A DNA stretch of 32,000 nucleotides from Acaryochloris marina MBIC11017 (GTDB lineage Bacteria > Cyanobacteriota > Cyanobacteriia > Thermosynechococcales > Thermosynechococcaceae): the NCBI RefSeq assembly GCF_000018105.1, contig NC_009925.1, forward strand, positions 2,880,001-2,912,000. The letters run 5' to 3'. The notes under the pieces are model-generated. The model had not been told where the DNA came from, searched no databases, and saw nothing but the letters and a program-made list of their open reading frames with translations. Both the position numbers and the translations under genes were made by a program. This document shows, piece by piece, positions 1 through 9,678 of the stretch. Positions within the stretch are counted from its first letter, which is position 1, and each line of letters opens with the position of its first letter.

Positions 1-394
1 GCCGAAAATTGCCCTGATTTTTATCGGTACGATTTTCTTCAATGTGCTGATGATTATGGATGCCGTTAAGTTTGTCCCGAAAGAACTGATTGAAACGACC
101 TATACCCTGGGCGGGAATCGGACTCAAGTCTTGCTTCAGGTAATTACTCCCTATGTTATTCCTCGCATTATTGACGCCTTCCGCGTCAATATGGCGGCGT
201 CTTGGAATCTAGTGGTGGTCGCAGAGTTGGTCGCAGCCGACGAAGGTCTGGGTAAACGAATTCTGCTAGCCCAACGCTTTAACAGTGTGGATAAGATTTT
301 TGTCTGCTTAATTGTGCTAGGGTTGCTGGGATTTAGTTTGGATCTCTTTTTTCGCTGGCTACAACATGTCACATGTCGATGGGCCATTGAATAG
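1..394 (+). CDS. ABC transporter permease, NitT/TauT (nitrate/sulfonate/taurine/bicarbonate) type; 5' end lies outside the window
   Basis: The frame is open from the window edge (frame of position 2): PKIALIFIGTIFFNVLMIMDAVKFVPKELIETTYTLGGNRTQVL... This is the cytoplasmic-loop region plus the last hydrophobic helices typical of binding-protein-dependent ABC permeases. The stop at 392-394 lies 2 nt before the cognate ATPase gene. Confidence 0.8.
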   Translation, partial: PKIALIFIGTIFFNVLMIMDAVKFVPKELIETTYTLGGNRTQVLLQVITPYVIPRIIDAFRVNMAASWNLVVVAELVAADEGLGKRILLAQRFNSVDKIFVCLIVLGLLGFSLDLFFRWLQHVTCRWAIE

Positions 395-396
395 CA

Positions 397-1173
397 ATGC
401 ATTTAGAAACCATCCATTTGTATAAAAGCTTTGCGGTTCGCCAAGGGCAGCTTTCAGTTCTTGAAGACATTAATCTGCATGTGGAAGCGGGGGAGTTTGT
501 CTGTGTTGTCGGTGCCTCAGGTTCAGGTAAATCGACACTACTCCGTCTAGTGGCCGGTTTGGACACGCCGACCTCCGGCTTAATTACGGTAGATGGTCTC
601 CGGGTGATTGGTCCGGGTAATGACCGCGGTATGGTGTTCCAACGCTATACCCTTTATCCCTGGATGACTGTGGCTGAGAATGTGGCTTTTGGCCTGAAGC
701 TGCAAAAACTGCCTAAATCAGAGCGCCAGCAGCGGGTAGCCTATTATTTGGAGGTCGTGGGTCTCACTAATTTTGCCCGAGCCTTACCCCGTGAACTTTC
801 GGGTGGAATGCAGCAACGAGTCGCCATCGCACGTTCCTTAGCCTGTCAACCCAAAATTTTACTGATGGATGAACCGTTTGGGGCCTTAGATGTGCAAACC
901 AAAGAGACCATGCAGGAATTTTTACTGGATCTATGGCGACGGACAGGGACGACCATTTTAATGATCACCCATGATGTGGAAGAAGCCATTTTCCTGTCGC
1001 AGCGCATTTATGTTCTCACCGCTCGCCCAGGTTCGGTTCAACGGGAGGTGTTTATTAACCTACCTGCAGAACGGACGTATACGATCAAGCGTCAGGCTCT
1101 CTTTCAAGACTATCGCGATGAAATTATGGATCTGTTACGGGAGAAATCTGCCTTAGATCCAGTGATAGACTGA
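397..1173 (+). CDS. ABC transporter ATP-binding protein (NitT/TauT family, SsuB/TauB/NrtD-like); substrate cannot be determined
   Basis: Walker A GASGSGKST, ABC signature LSGGMQQR, Walker B ILLMDEPF and H-loop ITHD are present. It is a 258-aa single-NBD protein, adjacent to the permease with a 2-nt gap. Confidence 0.9.
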   Translation: MHLETIHLYKSFAVRQGQLSVLEDINLHVEAGEFVCVVGASGSGKSTLLRLVAGLDTPTSGLITVDGLRVIGPGNDRGMVFQRYTLYPWMTVAENVAFGLKLQKLPKSERQQRVAYYLEVVGLTNFARALPRELSGGMQQRVAIARSLACQPKILLMDEPFGALDVQTKETMQEFLLDLWRRTGTTILMITHDVEEAIFLSQRIYVLTARPGSVQREVFINLPAERTYTIKRQALFQDYRDEIMDLLREKSALDPVID

Positions 1174-1180
1174 GGTTCAG

Positions 1181-1666
1181 CTACCCAGGTTGCCGTTCTA
1201 AAGTCGCTTCCATAGTATTAAGCAGATAGTGGTCGCTCATCATGCCGCTCGACAAGCGGTAGATATTATCAGCAATGCGATGAATGGTTTCAAAACCACT
1301 GCGGCGTTCCCGATCGCCCAAAACCCAAAATCGCTGCACAATCGATTCAGGACCGATCCAGCCTTCGCCTTCGACTTGGCCGAGTTGGCTATGTTTAAGG
1401 ACATAGGTATACCGCTGGTCGTTACTGCCTAAACGACCGCGATACTGCATGATAATTTCTGGGGTGCCTTGACGAGCAATAGCAGACTCTTCCGGGAACA
1501 ACAGCTTGGTTGCCATGGTAAACCAGCTGTCACAGTTCCACGCCACTAGAGTGCGGCCATGGATAGCAACAGGGTCTTGATTCCGTTCCATCCAAGTCCC
1601 TTTAAAAGTCCATCGGCCCGCATCCAATAAAAATGTGTGGGTCGCAGTGCCCCTATTCTCTGGCAT
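1181..1666 (-). CDS. Hypothetical protein, 161 aa; possibly a small beta-barrel/lipocalin-like fold (tentative)
   Basis: The track ORF 1181..1816 starts at TTG and overlaps the anmK 3' end. An in-frame ATG at 1666 (MPENRGTATHTFLLDAGRWTFKGTW...) removes the overlap. A GxW motif sits near the N-terminus. I recognise no catalytic motif. Confidence 0.55.
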   Translation of the reverse strand: MPENRGTATHTFLLDAGRWTFKGTWMERNQDPVAIHGRTLVAWNCDSWFTMATKLLFPEESAIARQGTPEIIMQYRGRLGSNDQRYTYVLKHSQLGQVEGEGWIGPESIVQRFWVLGDRERRSGFETIHRIADNIYRLSSGMMSDHYLLNTMEATLERQPG

Positions 1667-1728
1667 TTTGTTAATGTTGGTGAGTCCTTGTTCTTTCCTT
1701 AGGATGCCCACTGGGCCAAGCCTCTGGA

Positions 1729-2868
1729 TCAGACAAGGTGCAATTCTCCCAGGAGAATCGGGCCTGATGCTCCGGTCACCGCCGGTACGTTGCCAGGGAT
1801 TTGCAGCTGTTGCCAATAGGCCAATACGGCAAATGCGATCGCTTCCTTCGCATCAGAATTCAACCCCACATCATCCGTCGTTAACACAGTGCTACCGCCT
1901 AAGCGCTGCTGCAAACACTGCCGTAAATAACCATTGCGACTCCCACCTCCACAGAGAACCACTTGATCAGGAGGATGTGGTAAAAACTGGTCATAGTTAT
2001 AGACAATGGTGGCTGCGGTAAAATCCGTCAGCGTCGCCAGCATATCCGCCGGACTGAGCTGATAAGACGCTGCCGTTTGCAAACAAGTCTGTAAATAATC
2101 GGGACTAAATAATTCTCGTCCTGTGGACTTAGGGGGTGGCGCTTGAAAGAAAGGATGCCTCAGCCATTCCTCGATTAAAGGCTGACAAGGATTTCCCTGA
2201 GCCGCCCAGGCTCCGTCGGCATCGTAGGTGAGTTCGCCCTTAGAAAAGTGCGCCACGGCCAAATCCATTAAGACATTGCCTGGGCCAGTGTCCCAACCTT
2301 TAACGCCCATCCCCAGTTGGCTGGCATCGGTTAACGGCGGCAGGTAGGTAACATTGCCAATCCCGCCAATATTTTGCACACAGCGGTAGAACTCAGGATG
2401 GCTGAGTAAACAGATATCGAGTTTGGAGACCAAGGGAGCGCCCTGACCCCCGGCTGCCATATCGGCAACCCGGAAATTGCTGACAGTGTTGATGCCTGTT
2501 TGGTGGGCAATCACAGCACCACGTCCGATTTGGAGGGTATAGCCTAGGTTTCCCTGGGGAGGACGATGAAACACCGTTTGACCGTGGGAGCCAATCAGTT
2601 CAGCAGTCAGCGTGGCCTCAGCCTGAATCGACTGGGCCGCTTGGGCAAATTGCATGGCAATCGCATCATCCAATCCTGCCAATGCCTCAATACTGAGGGG
2701 CTCTCCCCGACAGACCGCGAGAATTTGATTTCGGAGGGCATCGGGATAGGGATAGGTCTGAGCGGCAATCAGATCAACCTGTAAATCCAGTTCTCGGCCA
2801 GAAATCTCTACGAGGGCGGCATCAATCCCATCCACGGAGGTGCCGCTCATCAAGCCAATCACATGCAT
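1729..2868 (-). CDS. anmK: Anhydro-N-acetylmuramic acid kinase
   Basis: The N-terminus [22 protein letters not shown] is the characteristic AnmK ATP-binding motif. The length (379 aa) and overall pattern fit AnmK. The ATG at 2868 lies 2 nt after the kinase stop codon (TAACCATG). Confidence 0.9.
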   Translation of the reverse strand: MHVIGLMSGTSVDGIDAALVEISGRELDLQVDLIAAQTYPYPDALRNQILAVCRGEPLSIEALAGLDDAIAMQFAQAAQSIQAEATLTAELIGSHGQTVFHRPPQGNLGYTLQIGRGAVIAHQTGINTVSNFRVADMAAGGQGAPLVSKLDICLLSHPEFYRCVQNIGGIGNVTYLPPLTDASQLGMGVKGWDTGPGNVLMDLAVAHFSKGELTYDADGAWAAQGNPCQPLIEEWLRHPFFQAPPPKSTGRELFSPDYLQTCLQTAASYQLSPADMLATLTDFTAATIVYNYDQFLPHPPDQVVLCGGGSRNGYLRQCLQQRLGGSTVLTTDDVGLNSDAKEAIAFAVLAYWQQLQIPGNVPAVTGASGPILLGELHLV

Positions 2869-2870
2869 GG

Positions 2871-5303
2871 TTATCCTTCTCCCAAAGAACGTAAAACACT
2901 AAGTACGTTGTTGTAGTCATCGGTGCGACCCTGCTTGGCATACAGATCAGCCGCTTTCTTTAGATCAGTAATGGCGTCTTGTCGCTTATTTTGCACGGAA
3001 TAGAGTAAGCCCCGTTTATAGTAATCTTCAGCCGCATCTGGCTTAATCCGCAGGGCATCATTGAGATCTTGTAAGGCTCCATCCAAATCTTTGAGCTGGA
3101 TTCTAGCGCTAGCACGGTTAGAATAGGCCGCTTGACTGCGCACCTCACTCTTGCGGGTGTCATTAATTTGAATCGTGCGTCCATAATCTTGGATCGCTTT
3201 TTCATACTGCTTCAACCGCAAATAAATATTGCCGCGCACCGTATACAAAGCAGCACTGCTAGGATTAATCTCCAGGCCTTTGTTGCAGTCTGCCAGGGCA
3301 CGCTGCAGTTCATTCAGGGAAAATAAGGCCCCACAGCGATTGTTGAGGACAAAGGGATCCTTAGGGTTAATGGCGATGGCGCGATCATAATCTTGAAGCG
3401 CCCCTTCAAAGTCCGCCTGCTGGCCTTGATAAGCCCGCAGTTCCCCCCTAAGCAGATAGGCACTGGTCGAGTTGGGATTAATCTGGAGCGCCTGGTCAAA
3501 GGATTGACGGGCCTGCTCGATTTCCCCCTGCTCATAGAAAACTCCACCCAGATTGGTATGGGCACGGGTAAGTTGGGGGTTAATGGTCAACGCCTGGTTA
3601 TAATCTGCGATCGCATCTTGTTTTCGGTCCAGTCTAGATTTGGCATAGCCCCGACTCGCATAGTCTTTCGCCGTGCGTACGGGCAGTTTCAGGGCCTTTT
3701 CCCAGTCTTGTTCTGCCCCCTCTGGGTCTCCTAGAACCGAGCGATAGCTACCCCGATTGACGTGGGCTGATAAATGATTCGACTCGGCTTGGATGGCCTT
3801 ATCTAGCTCTTTGACCGCCGCTTCTAGCTTCCCCTGGACAAAAAATACAGAGCCTAAATTGAGATAGCCTTGGGCCTGGTTGGGCTGCAACCGGATTGCC
3901 TTGCGATAATCAGCAATGGCCGCTTCATACTTACCCAGCTCCACCTGGGCATCTCCCCGATGGTTATAGGTTTCCGCATCTTTAGGGTCAAGGGTTAGGG
4001 CTTCGTTATAATCTGAGATCGCAGCTTGATATCCTCCAGTAGCAAAGCGAATTTCACCTCGCTCGCGAAAGGCTGCTGCCGTTTTCGGCTGCTGTTTTAA
4101 CAACGTATCAAACTGGGCAATGGCTTCCGGATATTTGCCAATTTCGGCATAGGTTTCACCCAACTTCAGAGCCGCTTCCGTATAGTCCGCTTTGAGTTCT
4201 AACGCCTGTTCAAAATTTTCAGTGGCCGACTGCCAGTTGCCGGATTGGGCTGCCTGCTGTCCCCAAAAATAATGCCATTGGGGACGAAAGAGAAAAAAGA
4301 GACTTGCAGATGCGATCGCAGCTCCCCCTACTCCTAAACCAATCCACTGCCACTTAGGCTTCTGGATCTTAGATGTAGGCTGGCGGGCAGTTGATAGTCC
4401 CGATTCCGTGGAAGCAGGCTCAGAACTGGCAGGTGCAACCTCATCTTCCGCCGAGGGATGGGACAATACCGTACTGGCTTGGGCCACAGACTGTAATGCT
4501 GTTCGCATGGCTGCGACTGTGGCAAATCGGTGCTTCGGGTGGGGCTTAACCAGTTGATCGAGCAAGCTTCGAAAGGGAGTGCTTAGATGTTCACAATCTT
4601 GTTTCCACTGCAAACGCCCCGTGGCACTATCGGTCTCAAACTGATCGGGAAACTTGCCCGTCAGTAAATAAATCGCCGTTAACCCCAAACTATATAGATC
4701 GCTGGCAAACGTTGGTCGCCCCGCTGCCTGCTCTCGGGGCATAAAACCGAGGGTACCAATCACAATCGAGCGGCTGGGCTGGCCCTGGGCATTTATTTGG
4801 GTCGCCATTACTTCCTTAACGGCCCCAAAGTCAATCAGACACGGCTGCTGGTCAGCATTACGAACAATAATATTGTCGGGTTTAATATCGCGATGAATAA
4901 TGTTATGACCATGAATGTAATTGAGCACATTCAAAATCTGATAAAGCAGTTTGATCACCTCTGCTTCATTCAGGGAACCTTGGGCCGTGACAATTTCGGT
5001 GAGGGTCTGGCCTTCAATCCATTCCTGCACCAAATTGAACTGCCCCTCTTCTTCAAAGTAAGCAAATAGATCAGGAATTTGCGGATGCCCTTGACCAATC
5101 CGTTCTAAGATGGCCGCTTCCCGCTGAAATCGTTCCAGCACAATTTTCTGCACCCGATCATTGTTGAGTACAGGTTTGAGCTGTTTAATCACACAAAATC
5201 GCCGGGATGGCATCTGCACATCTTCAGCTAAGAAGGTTTTACCGAATCCACCCTCATTTAAAGCTTTGAGAATCTGATATCGGCCATTAACAAGTCCTAC
5301 CAT
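2871..5303 (-). CDS. Ser/Thr protein kinase with a central TM helix and a C-terminal TPR-repeat array
   Basis: Hanks kinase motifs are present: [14 protein letters not shown] (Lys), [12 protein letters not shown] and [11 protein letters not shown] hydrophobic segment [20 protein letters not shown] follows, then about a dozen TPR-like repeats (A..Y..AL.L.P....Y..RG pattern) run to the C-terminus. Confidence 0.9.
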   Translation of the reverse strand: MVGLVNGRYQILKALNEGGFGKTFLAEDVQMPSRRFCVIKQLKPVLNNDRVQKIVLERFQREAAILERIGQGHPQIPDLFAYFEEEGQFNLVQEWIEGQTLTEIVTAQGSLNEAEVIKLLYQILNVLNYIHGHNIIHRDIKPDNIIVRNADQQPCLIDFGAVKEVMATQINAQGQPSRSIVIGTLGFMPREQAAGRPTFASDLYSLGLTAIYLLTGKFPDQFETDSATGRLQWKQDCEHLSTPFRSLLDQLVKPHPKHRFATVAAMRTALQSVAQASTVLSHPSAEDEVAPASSEPASTESGLSTARQPTSKIQKPKWQWIGLGVGGAAIASASLFFLFRPQWHYFWGQQAAQSGNWQSATENFEQALELKADYTEAALKLGETYAEIGKYPEAIAQFDTLLKQQPKTAAAFRERGEIRFATGGYQAAISDYNEALTLDPKDAETYNHRGDAQVELGKYEAAIADYRKAIRLQPNQAQGYLNLGSVFFVQGKLEAAVKELDKAIQAESNHLSAHVNRGSYRSVLGDPEGAEQDWEKALKLPVRTAKDYASRGYAKSRLDRKQDAIADYNQALTINPQLTRAHTNLGGVFYEQGEIEQARQSFDQALQINPNSTSAYLLRGELRAYQGQQADFEGALQDYDRAIAINPKDPFVLNNRCGALFSLNELQRALADCNKGLEINPSSAALYTVRGNIYLRLKQYEKAIQDYGRTIQINDTRKSEVRSQAAYSNRASARIQLKDLDGALQDLNDALRIKPDAAEDYYKRGLLYSVQNKRQDAITDLKKAADLYAKQGRTDDYNNVLSVLRSLGEG

Positions 5304-5356
5304 TTATTCTGTGATGCGCTGTATTCCCTTCAACAAGCAAGACAAACCCTGAATCC

Positions 5357-6241
5357 TCATGCCGCTAGGGTAACCTGCATTCGCTTTTGTTGCCGTAAAT
5401 AGCCATGCAAAATTTCAGCATCCATACCGTGAAGCATCAGCCGAAAGCCAGCATGGAGGGTGATCAGCGGGATACAGGGATGGCGGTTGTTCACTAACCC
5501 CAAGGCCAGGGGATCTTGTAACAATTTGCTGATGTAAATGGCAATGGTTTCATCTAACTGCAATGAATTGGTGGCCCGCCAGAAATCATGATCCGACAGA
5601 AATAAGGCATAAACTGGCGTATACACCTCAATAGCAGACTGTAAATCCACAAAATTCAGCCATCCCTGGCGTCCAGGATTGATCTCAAACTCTCCATCCG
5701 TAATTGCGTCAAAGTTGAGCCGTTGTGGTGCTTCCAGGATTCGATTCTCCGCCTTCAGCTTTTGATTCAGCTCAATAATAAAGTTGTAAATATTCAAGTC
5801 ATGAATCAGGAAGGTATTATCCTTTAAATCTTCTAGGCAGGTGGGACGTAAGGATTGGGTAGACGTGATTTCAACCCCAGCATTATCCGCAATAAATTTC
5901 AGAATCTCCGTCCCAATCACAAAGTGCCGCAAAATCAGATAGTTGCTATCGGGGGTCACAAAATACTTCAATCCCCAATAGATTAGCTGATGCAGCAGCC
6001 TCGACGAGCTTAACCATTCGGGAATCACAATCCGCAGCAGCTTCACCACCACAATCATCAACTTTGCAAAAGGGCGAACCAAGGGCAAAAAGATCCGGCG
6101 TGAGCGGCTATTATGCCCCCTCAGTAGCGCTCGTTTAGATTCATCATGGAGGGGCAGACTCGCATCTATATAAAGGGCCAACCAAGGATTGGGGTCTTTA
6201 ATATTAACGATTTGTTGATCAAACTCAGTCTGCCAACTCAT
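5357..6241 (-). CDS. Orphan hypothetical protein, 294 aa; third gene of the KAS III / HDO-like operon
   Basis: A long ORF with the ATG at 6239-6241 sharing one base with the stop of the upstream gene (TGATG). One hydrophobic stretch is present (FAKLMIVVVKLLRIVIP). I recognise no catalytic or cofactor motif. Confidence 0.7.
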   Translation of the reverse strand: MSWQTEFDQQIVNIKDPNPWLALYIDASLPLHDESKRALLRGHNSRSRRIFLPLVRPFAKLMIVVVKLLRIVIPEWLSSSRLLHQLIYWGLKYFVTPDSNYLILRHFVIGTEILKFIADNAGVEITSTQSLRPTCLEDLKDNTFLIHDLNIYNFIIELNQKLKAENRILEAPQRLNFDAITDGEFEINPGRQGWLNFVDLQSAIEVYTPVYALFLSDHDFWRATNSLQLDETIAIYISKLLQDPLALGLVNNRHPCIPLITLHAGFRLMLHGMDAEILHGYLRQQKRMQVTLAA

Positions 6242-6942
6242 CAATACTGTCCTAGTTCTTCTAGCTGTAGGAGGTATAGCCGAGCCGTAACTTTGGCAGT
6301 GCGGACAATCGACTCATCCATTCCTGTTATATCCAAAATTGAGCTAGACAGCAGGTCTTCCAGTTCCTGAAGATGATCTTCATCATGGACCGCATGGTAG
6401 CGATAGAACTCAAGCTGATCGGGATCCGTGATTAGAGGGTTCTCGTCTAAGGCATTGGCAAAAGTTTGGGCAAACCGTTTACCTAAGCCTTCGATAATAA
6501 ACATGGCTCCCAGTAGATCAAAGGGGTTAGGCTGCGAGGCTCGCTGATACATCCAGGCCGACAACGCTTCCGAGCCAATATTTTTACGGGCACTGATCAA
6601 CGCCTCTTTTTGTCCCCCAGAAGCCAGATAGCTTTTCTCCAACATTTGATAGTCGAGATGTTCCGTGGCCGCATGGCGGATAAAGATAGAGCGCTGATCT
6701 AAGTAAGGAGCTGTAATTGAAGAGGCTGCTCGACTAATCCAACCACTCCCTTCCACCACTTGCTGGTAATGATCGCTAATTAGGGTGAGATAGTCCGCCA
6801 ATCGCAGCTGCTGCTGCATCGCCCGAGCAACAATCGGCACCTTCAATAACCGACTCTCAAAATCGGCCCACACCATGGTGAGCTGGCGCAGCACCCGCTG
6901 GGCCTGGGTAACGTTGCTATGGAGTCGGGGTTGAGTTTGCAT
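6241..6942 (-). CDS. Heme-oxygenase-like fold protein, putative diiron oxidase (iron-containing redox enzyme / CADD-PqqC-UndA-like superfamily)
   Basis: A 233-aa protein with helical-looking composition. The C-terminal YRYHAVHDEDH gives H-x3-D-x2-H, the spacing of the last metal-ligand helix in CADD/UndA-type heme-oxygenase-like diiron oxidases. A mid-protein carboxylate lies in MFIIEGLG. The N-terminal E/H ligand pair is not clearly alignable by eye (RHAATEH). Confidence 0.65.
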   Translation of the reverse strand: MQTQPRLHSNVTQAQRVLRQLTMVWADFESRLLKVPIVARAMQQQLRLADYLTLISDHYQQVVEGSGWISRAASSITAPYLDQRSIFIRHAATEHLDYQMLEKSYLASGGQKEALISARKNIGSEALSAWMYQRASQPNPFDLLGAMFIIEGLGKRFAQTFANALDENPLITDPDQLEFYRYHAVHDEDHLQELEDLLSSSILDITGMDESIVRTAKVTARLYLLQLEELGQY

Positions 6943-6946
6943 GGAA

Positions 6947-8077
6947 TTACACCACAGTTAAATGCATAAAGGCGGCAATACAGCGCCCACTTTCGGGCAC
7001 AAAACAAAGGATCCGCTGTCCGGGCTGCAATGGATGTTTTTGGACCAGCTCCTCTAGCATGATAAAGATGGAGGCCGTCCCGGTATTACCATAGCGCTCT
7101 AGGTTATTGCACCATCTCTCTTCCACGATCATGGCTCCTGTGCGGCGCAGCAGCCGCTTCATTTCCTCGCCCAAAGAGTGGGAAGAGTAGTGAGGTAAAA
7201 AATAATCAATGGCGTTGGGATCGAGATCGTACTTTTCTAGCAGCTCCAGATAGTAGCCCACCCACACGGGGAACATGGCATAGAGAATCTCAAAGTCTTG
7301 CTTGAGGGCGATGGCACCGGCTTCATAGGCAGCCTGAGGAGACTCATATAATCCCCATCCCTGGTCATCAGCCCCAGTATTGCTTTTGGCCCCTGCATAC
7401 ATACAGGGCGGAAATCGATCGGCAAAGGACTTAAATTGAATCCAATCAACCCGCAAAGAGACGCCATCAGGTTTAGGGCCGGGCTCTAGCACCAAGGCTC
7501 CTGCCCCATCAGACAGGGTCCACCGCAAAAATTCAATTTGCGGATCCGGTCTAGCCGCTTCGTCATAAAAAGGCCGATAAACCGAAGGGCGAAACCAACG
7601 GCTGGCAAATTCGCTGCCACTGGCGACGGCGAGCTGAGACTCACCCACTTTGACGTTGAGCCAGGCATTTTTAACCGCCATCAGGCTGCTAGCACAAACA
7701 CTCTGAAACGAAAAAATGGCTAAGGGGGGAATGCCCAATTCACCATGGACTGCACTGGCAAAACCTGGCACCAGATAATCCCCTTGGGTCGTACTAGTGG
7801 CCAGTAAATCTACCTGTTCAGGCTGACAGCGAGCTTGCTTGAGGGCATCGTGGATGGCATGGGCTGCCATCGATGCGTTGGTATATCGATAGCCCCCTTC
7901 CGTATCGAGAGCATAGAAGCGATGCTTAATCCCATTTTTTCGTAGGATGGCAGATCCTAGGGTAGAGCTACGTTTGCTAATACTGCCGATATACGCCGCC
8001 ATATCCTGATTAGCAACGGGCTCTCCGGGCAAAAATTTGCCGACTCCAGTGATAAAAACCGCTTGACCGGGAGACAT
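6947..8077 (-). CDS. KAS III (FabH)-like beta-ketoacyl synthase / thiolase-fold condensing enzyme
   Basis: 376 aa from the ATG at 8077; the track's TTG at 8083 adds 2 aa. The order of a Cys-His-Asn triad is present: FQSVCASSLMA, FLPHYSSHSL, LERYGNTGTASIF. The length and N-terminal ITGVGKFLPG are typical of FabH-like enzymes. Confidence 0.85.
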   Translation of the reverse strand: MSPGQAVFITGVGKFLPGEPVANQDMAAYIGSISKRSSTLGSAILRKNGIKHRFYALDTEGGYRYTNASMAAHAIHDALKQARCQPEQVDLLATSTTQGDYLVPGFASAVHGELGIPPLAIFSFQSVCASSLMAVKNAWLNVKVGESQLAVASGSEFASRWFRPSVYRPFYDEAARPDPQIEFLRWTLSDGAGALVLEPGPKPDGVSLRVDWIQFKSFADRFPPCMYAGAKSNTGADDQGWGLYESPQAAYEAGAIALKQDFEILYAMFPVWVGYYLELLEKYDLDPNAIDYFLPHYSSHSLGEEMKRLLRRTGAMIVEERWCNNLERYGNTGTASIFIMLEELVQKHPLQPGQRILCFVPESGRCIAAFMHLTVV

Positions 8078-8632
8078 AGGCAAAGCTAACTCAGAGGGCA
8101 GTAATGGTTGGCTGGTTTATACTCGATGCTGTCGCAGCATCTACTGCTGAATCATAGCTCGTCTCGGGTTGACTCGCGCTAAAGAGTGGACTACATTAAT
8201 TTCCCGTCTTATATTGGTTTTCAGAAAGGAAATCACAACCCTCTATCCATGCCTTTACCAGACTTGAGGCAAGTCATTGGTTCGGCTCGCTACATTTGTA
8301 GCTTCACAGGCTGTTGTATTGTCAAAAGATGGTGAAACACGGGCATTCGATTAATTCCTCTGATAAACGGCCAAATCCATATTTGTTAATAGATTTACCG
8401 ATTGAGACCTATAAGTTTGGCATCGAAATGGGCACACTACAGTCATCGGTGTTGATGGAGATTTGATATCCAGGCTATCGCCAACAATGGTTTGTCCTAG
8501 TCGTGTCCTAGCACACAAGTAGCAAGTTTAGCTTGCGGTCTCAGCGGTCGGGGGAGCCTGCATTAAGTTGCAGTAGGCCATCGCTTTTTTCAGCAATAGA
8601 GTCACGTCCTCTTTCGAGATGTAAGTTTTACA

Positions 8633-9547
8633 GTGGTGTTTTTTCAAAGATTATTTCGTCAACCTCAGCCGCCTAACCATGCCACACCTTCTGAAAGCCT
8701 AGAAGCGCGTTTAGCTGAGTATGATCAGGCGATCGCCCATGGAACAGATAATAACGATGTTTGGTTTGGGCGAGGGTGCGTCCAAGTTGAACTGAAGCGG
8801 TATCAAGAAGCCATTCGTAGCTTCGATAAGGCTTTGGCCCATCGTCCTAACCATTTAGATAGTTGGCACAATCGGTCTTTAGCCTTTTGTCAATTGGGTC
8901 TCTATGAAGAAGCGGTGAGTAGCTATGAACAAGCGCTTCATTTTAGTAGCGTCCCCTCTCAAGATTGGTATTTCTACGGCACCTTACTCGCTCAGCTCGA
9001 TCGCTATGAAGAAGCCATTGATAGTTACGAGGAAGCGCTAAAGAAGGATCCTGAACGGGCTTTGATTTGGTACGACCGGGGGATTGCCTTGTCTTGGTTA
9101 GGGCAGTTCGAAGATGCGATCGCAAGTTACGATCAAGCCCTCAATCTAGATGCCACCCTTCACCAAGCCTGGTTCCGACGCGGCTTAGCCTTTAATCAAT
9201 GTCACAACTATACCCAAGCTCTAAAATCCTTTGATAAGGCCCTATCAATAGACACCAAAGGTTCTGAAGTATGGGCTGCCAAGGGATTAGCACTCCTCCA
9301 ACTTCAGCAATATAAAGACGCCATTACCGCCCATGATCAAGCGATCAAACTCAATGCCAAGGATGATCAAGTTTGGTACAACCAAGCCTGCTGCCATGCC
9401 CATTGTCAACAGTTAGATCAAGCCATATCCAGTCTTGAACAAGCCATACACCTCAATCCAGACGCCATCCGTGAATTGGCGAGTACGGATCCCGACTTAC
9501 AGGTTTTGCATCAACACCCCACTTTTCAAAAGCTGATTTCGATGTAA
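8633..9547 (+). CDS. TPR-repeat protein
   Basis: About seven or eight tandem 34-aa repeats carry the W..RG.AL..LG.YEEAI.SYD.AL consensus. The GTG start at 8633 is uncertain (GTG at 8636 is also possible). Confidence 0.8.
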   Translation: MVFFQRLFRQPQPPNHATPSESLEARLAEYDQAIAHGTDNNDVWFGRGCVQVELKRYQEAIRSFDKALAHRPNHLDSWHNRSLAFCQLGLYEEAVSSYEQALHFSSVPSQDWYFYGTLLAQLDRYEEAIDSYEEALKKDPERALIWYDRGIALSWLGQFEDAIASYDQALNLDATLHQAWFRRGLAFNQCHNYTQALKSFDKALSIDTKGSEVWAAKGLALLQLQQYKDAITAHDQAIKLNAKDDQVWYNQACCHAHCQQLDQAISSLEQAIHLNPDAIRELASTDPDLQVLHQHPTFQKLISM

Positions 9548-9678
9548 GTCTCAGTTCTCAGGATTCTTATAAAACGTTCATGGACGATTCAGTCAATCCG
9601 ATGACTTTACCCAGATAGTCATCATTCCAGCTTCAGGTACCTCTCTTACATTGGAGTCAATGAAGTTGGATAACAAAC

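Noticed and set aside
1229-2021. Plus-strand ORFs 1229-1432 and 1635-2021
   Set aside because: They are antisense to the hypothetical gene and to the anmK 3' end, with no motifs. The anmK call is far better supported.
9600-9623. A 7-bp hairpin GATGACT / AGTCATC about 50 nt after the TPR gene stop
   Set aside because: No U-tract follows. It could be a weak terminator or chance structure, and the support is insufficient.
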